From the NCBI RefSeq assembly GCF_009914755.1, contig NC_060936.1: a stretch of DNA of 64,000 bases; one strand, written 5' to 3'. The notes beneath the pieces are model-generated. The model was not told where the DNA came from. It ran no database searches and saw only the letters and a list, made by a program, of their open reading frames with translations. Position 1 is the first letter of the stretch, and every line of letters begins with the position of its first letter. Shown here one piece after another: positions 11,999 to 26,300 of the stretch. Source of the DNA: the human T2T-CHM13v2.0 reference genome, Homo sapiens. Both the position numbers and the translations under genes were made by a program.

Positions 11999-14900
11999 GC
12001 CTGAAAGAGCTCCAAATACCCACTAGCATATTCCACAAAAGGAGTGTTTCAAAACTGCTCTATCAAAAGAAAGTTTTAACTCTGTGAGTTGAATGCCCAC
12101 ATCACAAATTAGCTTCGGAGAATGCTTCTGTCTAGTTTTTATTTGAAGATATTTCCTTTTCCACCATAGTCCTCAAATTGCTCCAAATATCCACTTGCAG
12201 ACACTACAAAAAGACTGGTTCAAATCTACTCTCTCAAAAGGAAGGTTCAACTCCGTGAGTTGAATGCACACATCACAAAGAAGTTTCTGAGAATGCTTCT
12301 GTCTAGTTTTTATGTGAAGATTTTCCCTTTTGCACCATAGGCCTCAAATCGCTCCAAATATCAACTTGCAGATTCCACAAAAAGACTGTCTCAAAACTGC
12401 TCCCTCAAAGTGAATGTTGAACTATGTGAGTTGAATGCACACATGACAAAGAAGTTTCTGAGAATGCTTCTGTCAAGTTTTCATGCAAAGATATTTCCTT
12501 TTCCACCACAGGCCTGAAATCGCTCCTAATTTCCATTTGCAGATTCTACAAAAGGACTTTTTAGAAACTGCTCTCTCAAAAGAAAGGTTCAACTCTGTAA
12601 GTTGAATGCACACATCACAAAGAAGTTTCTGAGAATGCTTCTGCCTAGTTTTTATGTGAAGATATATCCTTTTCCACCATACGCCTGAAATCGTTCTGAA
12701 TTTCCACTTGCATATTCTACAAAAAGACTGTTTCAAAACTGCTCTCTCAAAAGGAATGTTCAACTCTGGGAGTTGAATACACACATCTCAAAGAAGTTTC
12801 TGAGAATGCTTCTGTCTAGTTTTTATGTGAAGATATTCCCTTCACCACCATAGGCCTCAAGGCGCTCCAAATGAACACTTGCAGATTCCACAAAAAGGGG
12901 GTTTCAAAACTGTCCTATCAATAGAAAGGTTCATCTCTGTGAGTTGAATGCACACATCAGAGAAAAACTTTCTGAGAATGCTTCTGTCTAGTTTTTATGT
13001 GAAGATATTTCCTTTTCCACAGTAGGCATCAAAGCCCTCCAAATATCCACTTGCATATACTACAAAAAGAGTCTTTCAAAACTGTTCTATCAAAAGAAAT
13101 ATTCAACTCTGTAGTTAAATGTACACATCACTAAGAAGTTGCTGAGAATGCTTCTGTCTAGTTTTAATGTGAAGATATTTCCTTTTAAACCATAGGCCTC
13201 AAAGTGCTATAAATATCCATCCTGCGAATTCTACAAAAAGAGTTTTCAAAACTGCTGTATCTAAAGAATGTTTCAACTCTGTGAGTTGAATGCACACATC
13301 ACAAAGAAGTTGCTGAGAATGCTTCTGTCTAGTTTTTTTGTGCAGATACTTGCTTTTCCACCATAGTCCTCAAAGCACTCCAAATATCCACTTGCAGATT
13401 CTACCAAAAGAATGTTTCAAAACTGCTCTATCAAAAGAAATATTCAACTCTGTGAGTTGAATGCACACATCACAAAGGAGTTTCTGAGAATGCTTCTCTC
13501 TACTAGTTTTTATATGAAGATATTTTCTTTTCCACCATAGGCCTCAAAGTGCTCCAAATATCCACTTGCAGATTCAACAAAAAGAGTTTTTCAAAACTGC
13601 TCTATCAAAAGAAAGGTTCAACACTGTGGGTTAAATGTACAGATCACAAAGAAGTTTTTGAGAATGATTCTGTCTTCTTTGTATGTGAAGATATTTCCTT
13701 TTCCACCATAGGGCTAAAAGCGCTCCAAATATCCACTTGCTGATTCTACAGAATGAGTGTTTCAAAACTGCTCAATCAAAAGAAAGATTCAACTTTGTGA
13801 GTTGAATGCAAACATCACAAAGAAGTTTCTGAGAATGCTTTTGTCTTGTTTTTATGTGGAGACATTTCCTTTTCCATTATAGTGCTCAAAGCCCTCCAAA
13901 TATCCAGTTGAAGATTCTACAAAAACAGAGTTTCAAAACTGCTCTATCAAAAGAAAGATCCAACTCTTTGAGATGAATGTACACATCACAAAGAAGTTTC
14001 TGAGAATGCTTTTGTATAGTTTTTATGTGAAGATATTTCATTTTCCCCCATAAGCCTCAAAGCGCTCCAAATATTTGCTTGCGGATTCTACAAAAAGAGT
14101 GTTTCAAAGTTGCGCTATCAAAAAAAGTTTCAACTCTGTGATTTGAAAGTGCACATCATAAAGAAGATTCTGAGAATGATTCAGCCTAGTTTTTATGTGA
14201 AGATATTTCCTTTTCCACCGTAGGCCTCCACGCGCCTCGAATAATCACTTGCATATTCTACCAAAGGAGTGTTTCAAATCTGCTCTATCAAAAGAAAGGT
14301 TTAACTCTGAGAGTTGAATGCACACAGCACACAGAAGACCTCAAAGAGCTCCAAGTATCCACTTGCAGATTCTACAAAAAGTGTTTCAAAACACTTTCTG
14401 ATGTGTGCATTCAACTAATAGGGTTGAAACTATTTTTTGATTGAGAGGTTTTGTATCTCTCTTTTTGTAGAATCTGCAAGTGGATATTTGGAGCCCTTTG
14501 AACCGTATGCTGGAAAATGAAATATCTTAAAATAAAAACTACACAGAAGCATTCAGAGAAATTTCTTTCTGATGTGTGCTTTCAACTCACAGTGTTGAAC
14601 TTTTCTTTTGATAGAGCAGTTTTGAAACACTCCTTTTGTAGAATCTGCTAGTGGATATTTGCAACTCTTTGAGGCCTTCATTCGAAACGGGAATATCTTC
14701 ACATAAAAGCTAGAGAGAAGCATTCTCAGAAAGTTCTTTGTGATGTGTGCATTCAACTCACAGAGTTGAATCTTTCTTTTGATTGAGCAGTTTTGAAGCA
14801 CTTTGAGGTCTATTTTGGAAAAGGAAATATCTTCACATAAAAACTACACAGAATCATTCTGAGAAACTCTTTGTAATGGGTTCAGTCAACTCACAGAGTT

Positions 14901-16914
14901 GAACCTATCTTTTGATTAAGCAGATTTGAATCTCTCTTTTTGCCCTGCAAGTGGATTTTTGGAGCGCTTTGTTATGTACTGTGGAAAAGCAAATATCTTC
15001 ACACGAAAATTACACAGAAGCATTCTGAGAAACTTCTTTTTGAGGTGAGCCCTCAACACACAAAGTCGAACCTATCTTTTGATTGAGCAGTTTTGAATCT
15101 CTTTTTTTGCGGAATCTGCAAGTGGATATTTGGAGAGCTTTGAGGCCTATTGTGGAAAAGGAAAAATATTCACTTAAAAACTACAGAGAAGCTTTCTGGG
15201 AAACTTCTTTGTGATGGGTGCATTCAGCTCACACAGTTGCAACTATCTTTTCATAGAGCAGTTTTGAATCTCTCTTTTTGTAGAATCTGAACATAGATAT
15301 TTGGAGCCATTTGCGCCCCATGTTGGAAAAGGGAATATATTCAAAAAAAAAACTACACATAAGCATTCTGAGAAATTTCTTTGTGATGTGTGCATTCATC
15401 TCACATTGTTGAAACTTTCTTATGATTGTGCAGTTTTGAAACATTCTGTTTGTAGATTCTGCAAGTGGATATTTGGAGTGCTATGAGGCCTATTGTGCAA
15501 AAGGAAATATCTTCACATAAAAACTACACAGAAGCATTCTCAGAAACTTTTTCCCTTTGCGTGCATTCATCTCACAGAGTTGAACATTTCCTTTGACTGA
15601 GCAGCTTTGAAACAGTCTTTTTGTAGAATCTGCAGTTGTATATTTGGATCGCTTTGAGGCCTATTGTGGAAAAGGAAATATCTTCACAGAAAACTACACA
15701 GAAGCATTCTGAGAAACTTGTTTGTGATGTGTGCATTCATCTCATAGAGTTGAACCTATCTTTTGATAGAGCAGTTTTGAAACTCCCTTTTTGTAGAATC
15801 TGCAAGTGGATATTTGCAGCCCTTTGTGGCCTATGGTGCAAAAAGAAATATCTTCACATAAAAACGCAACAGAAGATTCTGAGAAACTCCTGTGTGATGT
15901 GTGCATTCATCTCACAGAGTTGAAACTTTCTTTTGATTGAGCAGTTGTGAAACACTATTTTTGCAGAATTTTCAGGTGGATATTTGAAGCGATTTGTGGC
16001 CTATGGGGGAAAATGAAATATCTTCACATAAAAACTACACAGAAGCATTCTCAGAAACTTCTTTGTGATGTGTGCATTCATCTCACAGAGTTGAACCTAT
16101 CTTTTGATAGAGCAGTTTTGAAATTCTCTTTTTGTAGAATCTACAAGTGGATATTTGGAGCAGTTTTCTGGCAATGGTGGAAAAGGAAATATATTCACAT
16201 AAAAACTACACATAAGAATTCTGAGAAACTTCTTTGTGATGTGTGCATTCATCTCACAGAGTTGAACCTCACTGTTGATTGAGCTGTTTGGAAACACTCT
16301 TTTTGTAGAATCTGCAAGTGGATATTTGGAGCGCTTTGAGGCCTATTGTGGAACAGGGAATATCTTCACATAAAAACAACACAGAAACATTTGGAGAATC
16401 TTCCTTGTGACGTGTGCATTTATCTCACAGAGTTGAAATCTCTTTTGATTGAGCAGTTTTGAAATACTCTTTTCATAGAATCTGCAAGTGGATATTTGGA
16501 GTGCTTCGAGGCCTATGTTGGAAAAATGAAATGTCCTCACATAAAAACTACACGGAATCATTCTGAGAAGCTTCTTTATGATGTGTGCATTCAACTTGCA
16601 GAATTGGACCTGTCTTTTCATAGAGCCGTTTTGAAACTCTTTTTGTAGAATCTGTAACTGGCTATTTGTTGCCCTCTGTGGTCAATGGTGGAAAAAGAAA
16701 TATCTTCCATAAAAACTACACAGAAGCATTCTGAGAAACTTCTTGGTGATGTGAGCACTCATCTCACAGAGGTGAACCTTTCATTTGATTGAGCAGTTTT
16801 GATACACTCTTTTTGTATAATCTGGAAGTGGATGTTTGTATCGCTATGAGGCCTATTGTGGAATAGAAAATATCTTCACATAAAAACTACACAGGAACAT
16901 TCTCAGAAACTTCT

Positions 16915-18258
16915 TTGTGATGTGTGTATTCAACTCACAGAGTTGAAACTATCTTTTGATTGAGCAGTTCTGAATCTCTTTTTGTGGAATCTGCAAGTGG
17001 ATGTTAGGAGCCCTTTGCACCCTATGGTGGAAAAGGAAGTATCTTCAAATGGAAACTACATAGAAGCATTCAGAGAAACTTCTTTGTGATGAGTGCATTC
17101 ATTACACAGAGTTGAAGTTTTATTTTGATTGACCAGTTTTGAAAAACTCTTTGCTTGGAATCTGGAAGCAGATATTTGGAGGGCTTTGAGGCCTATTTTG
17201 GAAAAGGAAATAACTTCATATAAAAACTACACAGAAGCAATCTGATAAACTTCTTTGTTACGTGTGCATTCAACTCACAGCATTGAACTTGTCTTTTGAT
17301 TGAGCAGTTTTGAAACTCTCCTTTTGCAGAATCTGCAAGTGGATATTTGGAGCTCTTTGTGGCCTACTATGGAAAAAGAAATATCTTCACATAAAAATTA
17401 CATAGAAGCATTCTGAGAAACTTCTTTGTGATGGGTGCATTCAACTCACAGAGTTGAACCTGTCTTTGATGGAGCAGTTTTGAATCTCTCTTTTTGTAGA
17501 ATCTGCACGTCGATTTTCTGAGCCCTTTGCACCCTATGGTGGGAAAGGAAATATCTTCAAATAAAAACTACACAGAAGCATTCTGAGAAATATTTTGTGA
17601 TGTGTGCATTCATCACACAGGGTTGAACCCACCTTATGATTGAGCAGTTACCAAACACTCTGTTTGTGGAATCTGCAGGTGGATATTTGGAGTGCTATGA
17701 GGCCTACTGTGGAAAAGCAGATATCTTCACATAAAACCTACACAGAGGTATTCTGAGAAACTTCTTTGTGATTTTATGCATTCATCTCACGGAGTTGAAC
17801 TTTCTTTTGATTGAGCAGATTTGAAACACTCTTTTTGTAGAATCTGCATGTGGATATTTGGAGCGCTTTGAAGCTTATGGTGGAAAAGTGAATATCTTCA
17901 CATAAAAACTACACAGGAGCATTATGATAAACTACTTTGTGATGTGTGTATTCATCTCACAGAGTTGAACCTATCTTTTGATAGAGCAGTTTTGAAACTC
18001 TCTTTTTGTAGAATCTGCAAGTGGATATTTGGATCTCTTTGAGGCCTATTGTGGAAAAGGGAATATCTACGCATAAAAACTACAAGAAACATTCTGAGAA
18101 ACTTCTTTGTGATGAGTGCATTCATCTCACAGTGTTGAACCTCTCCTTTGATTGAGCAGTTTGGCAACACTCTTTTTGTAGAATCTGCAAGTGGATATTT
18201 GGAGGGCATTGAAGCCTATTGTGCAACAGGAAATATCTTCACATAAAAACTACACAGA
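16915..18258 (+). repeat. 1.34-kb (~8 monomer) duplication, copy 1
   Basis: Near-identical to 22002-23345 (offset 5087). The ORF track shows twin ORFs at 17952 and 23039. Confidence 0.95.
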
Positions 18259-19354
18259 GAGATTCTCAGAAACATCTTTGTGATGTTTGCATTCATCTCA
18301 AAGAGTTGAACCTTCCTTTTGACTGAGCAGTTTTGAAACACTCTTTTTGTAGAATCAGCAACTGGATATTTGGAGCGCTCTGAGGCCTATGGTGGAAAAA
18401 GAAATATCTCCACATAAAAACGACACAGAAGCAATCTGAGAAACTTCTTTGTGATGTGTGCATTCATCTCACAGAGTTGCACCTATCTTTTGATAGGGCA
18501 GTTTTGAAACTCACTTTTTGTAGAATCTGCAAGTGGATATTTGGAGCCCTTTGCGGCCTATTGTGGAAAAGGAAATATCTTCACATAAAAACTGCACAGA
18601 AGCATTCTGAGAAATTTCTTTGTGATTTTTTACATTCATTTCACACAGTTGAAACTTTCTTTTGATTGAGCAGTATTGAAACACTCCTTTGTAGAATCTG
18701 GAAGTGGATATTTGGAGGGCTTTGAGTCCTATTTTGGAATAAAAAATATCTTCACGTAAAAATTACCCAGAAGCATTCTCAGAAACTTCTTTTTTATGTG
18801 TGCATTCAACTCAAAGAGTTGAACCTATCTTTTGATTGAGCAGTTTTGAATCTCTCTTTTTTCAGTATCTGCAAGTGGATATTTGGAAAGCTTTGAGGCC
18901 TACTGTGGAAAAGCAAATATCTTCACATAAAAACTACACAGAAGCCTTCGGAGAAACTTCTTTGTGAGATTTGCAATCAACTCACAGAGTCGAACCTCTC
19001 TTTTGAATGAGCAGTTTTGAATCTGTCTTTTTGCAGAATCTGCAGGTGGATATTTGGAGCCCTTTGCAACCTATGGTGGAAAGGTAATATCTTCAAATCA
19101 AAACTGCACAGAAGCATTCTGAGAAACGTCTTTGTGAGGTGTGCATTCACCTCACAGGTTTGAAGCTATATTATGATTGAGCAGTTTTGAAACACTCTTT
19201 TTGTAGAATCTGCAAATGGATATTTGGAGCGCTTTGAGTCCAGCTGTGGAAAAGCACATATCTTCAAATAAAAACTACACAGAAGCATTCTGAGAAACTC
19301 CTTTGTGATGTGTGCATTCATCTCACAGTGTTGATCCATTCTTTTGAGAAGTTT

Positions 19355-19480
19355 ATTATTATTATTATTATACTTTAAGTTTTAGGGTACATGTGTACAA
19401 TGTGCAGCTTATTTACATATGTATACATGTGCCATGCTGGTACGCTGTACCCAATAACTTGTCATCTAGCATTAGGTATA
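19355..19480 (-). mobile_element. 5'-truncated L1 (L1PA3-like) 3' end stub with TSD
   Basis: The reverse complement reads tatacctaatgctagatgac...gtaccctaaaacttaaagtat(aat)n. TSD tcttttgagaagttt (19340-19354) / tcttttgagcagttt (19481-19495). The target reads TT|AAAA on the L1 strand. Confidence 0.93.
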
Positions 19481-22001
19481 TCTTTTGAGCAGTTTTTAAA
19501 CACTCTTTTTGTAGGATCTCCAAGTGGATATTAGGAGCGCTGTGATGCCTATGGGGGAAAAGCAAATGTCTCCACATAAAAACTACACAGAAGAATTCTG
19601 AGAAACTTCTTTGTGATGTGTGCTTTCATCTCACAGTGTTGATCCCTTCTTTTGATTGAGCAGTTTTGAATGACTGTTTTCATAGAATCTGGAAGTGGAT
19701 ATTTAGAGGCCTTTGAGACTTACAGTGGAAAAGCCAATATCTTCACATAAAAACTACAGAGAAGCATTCTGAGAAACTACTTTGTGATGTGTGCATTCAC
19801 CTCACAGAGTTGAGCCTTTCTTTTAATGGAGCAGTTTTGAAACACTCTTTTTGTAGAATTTGCAAGTGGATATTTTGAGTGATTTGAGGCCTATTGTGGA
19901 AAAGGAAATGCCTTCACATAAAGACTACACAGAAGAATTCTCAGAAACTTCTTCCTTTTGTGTGCATTCATCTCACAGAGTTGAACATTTCTTTTGATTG
20001 AGCAGCTTTGAAACAATCTTTTTGTAGAATCTGTGAGGGGATATTTGGATTGCTTTGATGCCTATTGTGGAAAAGGAAATATCTTCACATAAATACTACA
20101 CAGAAGCATTCTGAGAAACTTCTTTGTGATGTGTGTATTCATCTCATAGAGTTGAACCTATCTTTTGATAGAGCAGTTTTGAATCTCTTTTTGCAGAATC
20201 TGCAAGTGGATATTTGGAGACCTTTGTGGCATCTGGTGGAAAAGGAAATATCTTCACATAAAAACTACACAGACAGATTCACAGAAACCTCTTTGTGATG
20301 TGTGCATTCATCTCACAGAGTTGAACCTTTCTTTTGATTGAGCAGTTTTGAAACACTCTTTTTGTAGAATGTGCAACTGAATATTTGGAGCACTCTGAGG
20401 CCTCTGGTGGAAAAAGAAATATCTTTACATAAAAACTACACAGAAGCAATCTGAGAAACTTCTTAGTGATGTGTGTATTCATCTCACAGAGTTTAACCTA
20501 TCTTTTGATGGAGCAGCTTTGAAACTCTCTTTTTGTAGAATCTGCAAGTGGATATTTGGAGCCATTTGCAGCCTATGGTGCAAATGGAAATAGCTTCACT
20601 TAAAAACTACACAGAAACATTCACAGAAACTTCTTTGTGATTTTTTGAATTCATTTCACAGAGTTGAACCTTTCTTTTGATTGAGCAGTTTTGAAACACT
20701 CTTTTTGTGTAATCTGGAAGTGGATATTTGGAGGGCTTTGAGTCCTATTTTGGAAAAGGAAATATCTTCACATAAAAACTGCACAGAAGCATTCTGAAAC
20801 ACTTGTCTGTTATGTGTGCATTCATCTCACAGAGTTGAACCTATCTTTTGATTGAGCACTTTTGAATCTCTCATTTTTCAGTATCTGCAAGTGGATATTA
20901 GGAGCCCATTGCAACCTATGGTGGTAAAGGTAATATCTTCAAATAAAAACTACACAGAAGTATTATGAGAAACTTTTTTGTGAGGTGTGCATTCATCTCA
21001 CAAGGTTGAACCTATCTTATGATTGAGCAGTTTTGAAACACTGCTTTTGTAGAATCTGCAAGTGTATATTTGGAGCGCTTTGAGTAGAATTGTTGGAAAG
21101 GACATTTCCTCACATAAAAACTGCAGAGAAGCATTCTGAGAAACCACTTTGTGATTTGTCCATTCATCTCACAGAGTTGAACCTTTCTTTTGATTGAGCA
21201 GTTTTGAAATACTCTTTGTGTAGAATCTGCAAGTGGATATTTGGAGCGATTTGAGTCCTATTGTGGAATAGGAAATATCTTCACATAAAAACTACACAGA
21301 AGCATTCTAAGAAACTACTTTGTGATGTCTGCATTCAACTCACAGAGTTGAACCTATCTCTTGATGGAGCAGTTTTGAAACACTGTTTTTGTAGAATCTG
21401 CAGGTGGAAATTTGGAGTGCTTTGAGACTCAATGTGGAAAAACAAATATCTTCACATAAAAACTACACAGATGCATTCTGAGAAACTTCTTTGTGAGGTG
21501 TGCATTCAACACACGGAGTTGAAACTATCTTTTCATTGAGCAGTTTTGAGTCTCTTTTTACAGAATCTGCAAGTGGATATTTGGAGAGCTTTGAGGCCCA
21601 TAGTGGAAAAGGAAATATCTTCACATAAAAACTACACAGAAGATTTCTGTAAAACTTCTTTTTGAAGGGTGCATTCAACTCACAGAGTTCAACCTGTCTT
21701 TTGATTGAGCAGTTTTGAATCTCTCTTTTTGTAGAATATGTAAGTGGATATTTGTAGCCCTTTCTGCCCTATGGTGGAAAAGGAAATATCTTCAAATAAA
21801 AACTACACAGAAGTATTCTGAGAAATTTCTTTGTGATGTGTGCATTTTTCTCACACGGTTGAACCTATCTTATGATTGAGCAGTTTTGAAACACTCTCTT
21901 TGTAGAATCTGAAAGTGGATATTCGGAGGGTTTGAGGCCTATTGTGGAAAAGGAAATATCTTCACATAAAAAACTTCACAGAAGCATTCTGAGAAACTTC
22001 C

Positions 22002-23345
22002 TTGTGATGTGTGTATTCAACTCACAGAGTTGAAACTATCTTTTGATTGAGCAGTTCTGAATCTCTTTTTGTGGAATCTGCAAGTGGATGTTAGGAGCCC
22101 TTTGCACCCTATGGTGGAAAAGGAAGTATCTTCAAATGGAAACTACATAGAAGCATTCAGAGAAACTTCTTTGTGATGAGTGTATTCATTACACAGAGTT
22201 GAAGCTTTATTTTGATTGACCAGTTTTGAAAAACTCTTTGCTTGGAATCTGGAAGCAGATATTTGGAGGGCTTTGTGGCTTATTTTGGAAAAGGAAATAA
22301 CTTCACATAAAAACTACACAGAAGCAATCTGATAAACTTCTTTGTTACGTGTGCATTCAACTCACAGCATTGAACTTGTCTTTTGATTGAGCAGTTTTGA
22401 AACTCTCCTTTTGCAGAATCTGCAAGTGGATATTTGGAGCTCTTTGTGGCCTACTATGGAAAAAGAAATATCTTCACATAAAAATTACATAGAAGCATTC
22501 TGAGAAACTTCTTTGTGATGGGTGCATTCAACTCACAGAGTTGAACCTGTCTTTGATGGAGCAGTTTTGAATCTCTCTTTTTGTAGAATCTGCACGTCGA
22601 TTTTCTGAGCCCTTTGCACCCTATGGTGGGAAAGGAAATATCTTCAAATAAAAACTACACAGAAGCATTCTGAGAAATATTTTGTGATGTGTGCATTCAT
22701 CACACAGGGTTGAACCCACCTTATGATTGAGCAGTTACCAAACACTCTGTTTGTGGAATCTGCAGGTGGATATTTGGAGCGCTATGAGGCCTACTGTGGA
22801 AAAGCAAATATCTTCACATAAAACCTACACAGAGGTATTCTGAGAAACTTCTTTGTGATTTTGTGCATTCATCTCACGGAGTTGAACTTTCTTTTGATTG
22901 AGCAGATTTGAAACACTCTTTCTGTAGAATCTGCATGTGGATATTTGGAGCGCTTTGAAGCTTATGGTGGAAAAGTGAATATCTTCACATAAAAACTACA
23001 CAGGAGCATTATGATAAACTACTTTGTGATGTGTGTATTCATCTCACAGAGTTGAACCTATCTTTTGATAGAGCAGTTTTGAAACTCTCTTTTTGTAGAA
23101 TCTGCAAGTGGATATTTGGATCTCTTTGAGGCCTATTGTGGAAAAGGGAATATCTTCGCATAAAAACTACAAGAAACATTCTGAGAAACTTCTTTGTGAT
23201 GAGTGCATTCATCTCACAGTGTTGAACCTCTCTTTTGATTGAGCAGTTTGGCAACACTCTTTTTGTAGAATCTGAAAGTGGATATTTGGAGGGCATTGAA
23301 GCCTATTGTGCAACAGGAAATATCTTCACATAAAAACTACACAGA
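22002..23345 (+). repeat. 1.34-kb (~8 monomer) duplication, copy 2
   Basis: About 12 substitutions relative to 16915-18258 by eye. Confidence 0.95.
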
Positions 23346-26300
23346 AGCATTCTGAGAAACTTCCTTGTGATGTGTGCATTCATCTCACAGAGTTGAACTT
23401 CTCTTTTGTTTGAGCAGTTTTGAAATACTCTTTTCGTAGAATCTGCAATTGGATATTTGGACAGCTTTGAGGGCTATGGTGGAAAAGGAAATATCTACAA
23501 GTAAAAACTACACAGAATCATTCTGAGAAGCTTCTTTGTGATGTGTTCATTCAACTCGCAGAGTTGAACCCATCTTCTCATAGAGTAGTTTTGAAACTCT
23601 CTTTTTGTAGAATCTGTAAGTGGTTATTTGGAGCCCTATTTGGCCAATGGTGGAAAAGGAAATATCTTCCCATAAAAACTACACAGAAGCATTCTGAGAA
23701 ACTTCATTGTGTTGTGAGAACTCATCTCACAGAGGTGAACCTTTCATTCTATTGAGCAGTCTTGATACACTCTTTTTGTAGAATGTGCAAGTGGATATTT
23801 GTAGCGTTTTGAGGCCTATTGTGGAAAAGGAAATATCTTCACATAAAAACTACACAGTAGCATTCTCAGAAACTTTTTTTTTGTGCATTCATCTCACAGA
23901 GTTAAACGTTTCTTTTAATTGAGCAGTGTTGAAACACTCTTTGTGTAGAATCTGCAAGTGGATACCAGGAGTGCTTTGAAGCCTAAGGTGGAAAAGGGTA
24001 AATCTTCACATAAAACTACTCAGAAGCATTCTGAGAAACTTCTTTGTGATGCGTGCATTCAACTCACAGAGTTGAAACTATCTTTTGATTGAGCAGTTTT
24101 TAATCTGTTTTTTTGCAGAATCTGCCAGTGGATATTTGGAGCCATTTGCGACCTATGGTGGAAAAGGAAATATCTCAAATAAAAACTACACAGAAGCATT
24201 TAGAGAGACTGCTTTGTGATGAGTGCATTCATCACACAGAGTCGAACTTTTCTTTTGATTGAGCAGTTTTGAAACACTCTTTTTGTGCATTCTGGAAGTG
24301 GATATTTGGAGGGCTTTGAAGCCTATTTTGAAAAAGGTAATATCTTCACATAAAAGCTACACAGAAGTATTCTGAGAAACTTCTTTGTTATGTAGGCATT
24401 CAACTCACAGATTTGAAACTATCTTTTGATTGAGGAGTTTTGAATCTCTCTTTTTGCGGAATCTGCAAGAAGATATTTGGAGTGCTTTGAGGGCTACTGT
24501 GGAAAAGCAAATAACTTCACATAAAAACTACACAGAAGCATTCTGAGAAACTTCTTTGTGATGTGTGCACTCATCTCACAGAGATGAACCTTTCATATGA
24601 TTGATCAGTTTTGAAACATCTTTTTGTATAATCTGCAAGTGGATATTTGGAGTGCTTTGAGGCCTACCGTTGAAAAGCAAATATCTTCAGATAAAAACTA
24701 CACGAAAGCATTCTGAGAAACTTCTTTGTGAAGTGTGCATTCAACTCACAGAGTTGAACTTATCTTTTGAATGAGCAGTTTTGAATCTCTCTTTTTGCAA
24801 AATCTGCAAGAGGATATTTGGAGCGCTTTGAGGACTACTGTGGAAAAGCCAATATCTTCACATAAAAACTACACAGAAGCATTCTGAGAAACTTATTTTT
24901 GGGGTGTTCATTCAACACACAGAGCTGTATCTATCTTTTGATTGTGCAGTCAGGATCTGTTATTTTTTTTTTGCAGAATCTGCATGTGGATATTTGGAGA
25001 GCTTTGAGGCGGATTGTGGAAAAGGAAATATCTTCACATAAAAACTACAGAGAAGCATTCTGTGAAACTTCTTTGTGAGGGCTTCATTCAACTCACAGAG
25101 TTGAGCCTATCTTTTGATTGAGCAGTTACCAATCTCTCATTTTGTAGAATCTGCAAGTGGATATTTGGAGCCCTTTGTGGCCTACGGTGGAAAAGTAAAT
25201 ATCTTCAAATAAAAACTACACTGAAACATTCTGATAAACTTCTTTGTGATGTGCGCATTCAACTCACAGGGTTGAACCTATCTTATGATTGAGCAGTTTT
25301 GAAACACTCTTTTTGTAGTATCTGCAAGTGAATATTTGGAGCACTTTGAGGCCTTTTGTGGAAAAGGAAATATCTTCACATAAAAACTACACAGAAGCAT
25401 TCTGAGAAACTTCTTTGTGATGATTGCATTCATCTCACAGAGTTGAATCTATCTTTTGATTGAGCAGTTTTTAATGTCTTTTTTTGCAGAATCTGCCATT
25501 GGACATTTGGAGCCGTTTGCGACCTATGGTGGAAAAAGAAATATCTTCAAATAAAAACTACACAGAAGCATTTAGAGAAACTTCTTTGTGATGTGTGCAT
25601 TCATCTCACAGAGTTGAAACTTTCTTTTGATTGAGCAGTTTTGAAACACTATTTTTGTAAAATCTGCAGGTGGATATTTGGAGCGATTTGTGGACTACTG
25701 TGGAAAAGGAATTATCTTCACATAAAAAATACACAAAAGCATTCTGAGAAACTTCTTTGTGATGTGTGCATTCAACGCATAGAGTTGTACCTATCTTTTG
25801 ATTGAGCTCTTTTGCATCTCTCTTTTTGTAGAATCTGCAAGTGGATATTTGGAGCCATTTTCACCCTATGGTGTAAAAGGAAATATCTTCAAATAAAAGC
25901 TACACATAAGGATTATGAGAAACTTCTTTGTGATGAGTGCATTCATCAAACAGAGTTGAACCTTTCTTTTGATTAAGCAGTTTTGAAACAGTCTTTTTGT
26001 AGTATCTGGAAGTCGATATTTGGAGTGTTTTGAGGCCTATTTTGGAAAAGGAAATATCTTCACATAAAAACTGCACAGAAGCAATTTGAGATACTTCTTT
26101 GTTATGTGTGCATTCAACTCACAGAGTTGAACCTATCTTTTGATTTAGCAGTTTTGAAACACTGTTTTTGTAGAATCTGCAAGTGGATATTTGTAGCGCT
26201 TTGAGGCCTACTGTGGAAAAGCAAATATCTTCACATAAAAACTATACAGAAGCATTCTGAGAAACTACTTTCTGATGAGTGCATTCGTCTCACAGACTTG

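Larger units (their letters stand above)
1..14393 (-). repeat. Alpha satellite (ALR), diverged tandem ~171-bp monomers, reverse orientation
   Basis: The motif gaatgcacacatcacaaagaagtttctgagaatgcttctgt..agtttttatgtgaagatatttcc recurs every ~171 bp and is the reverse complement of the primate alpha satellite consensus. Neighbouring monomers differ by many substitutions. Confidence 0.98.
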
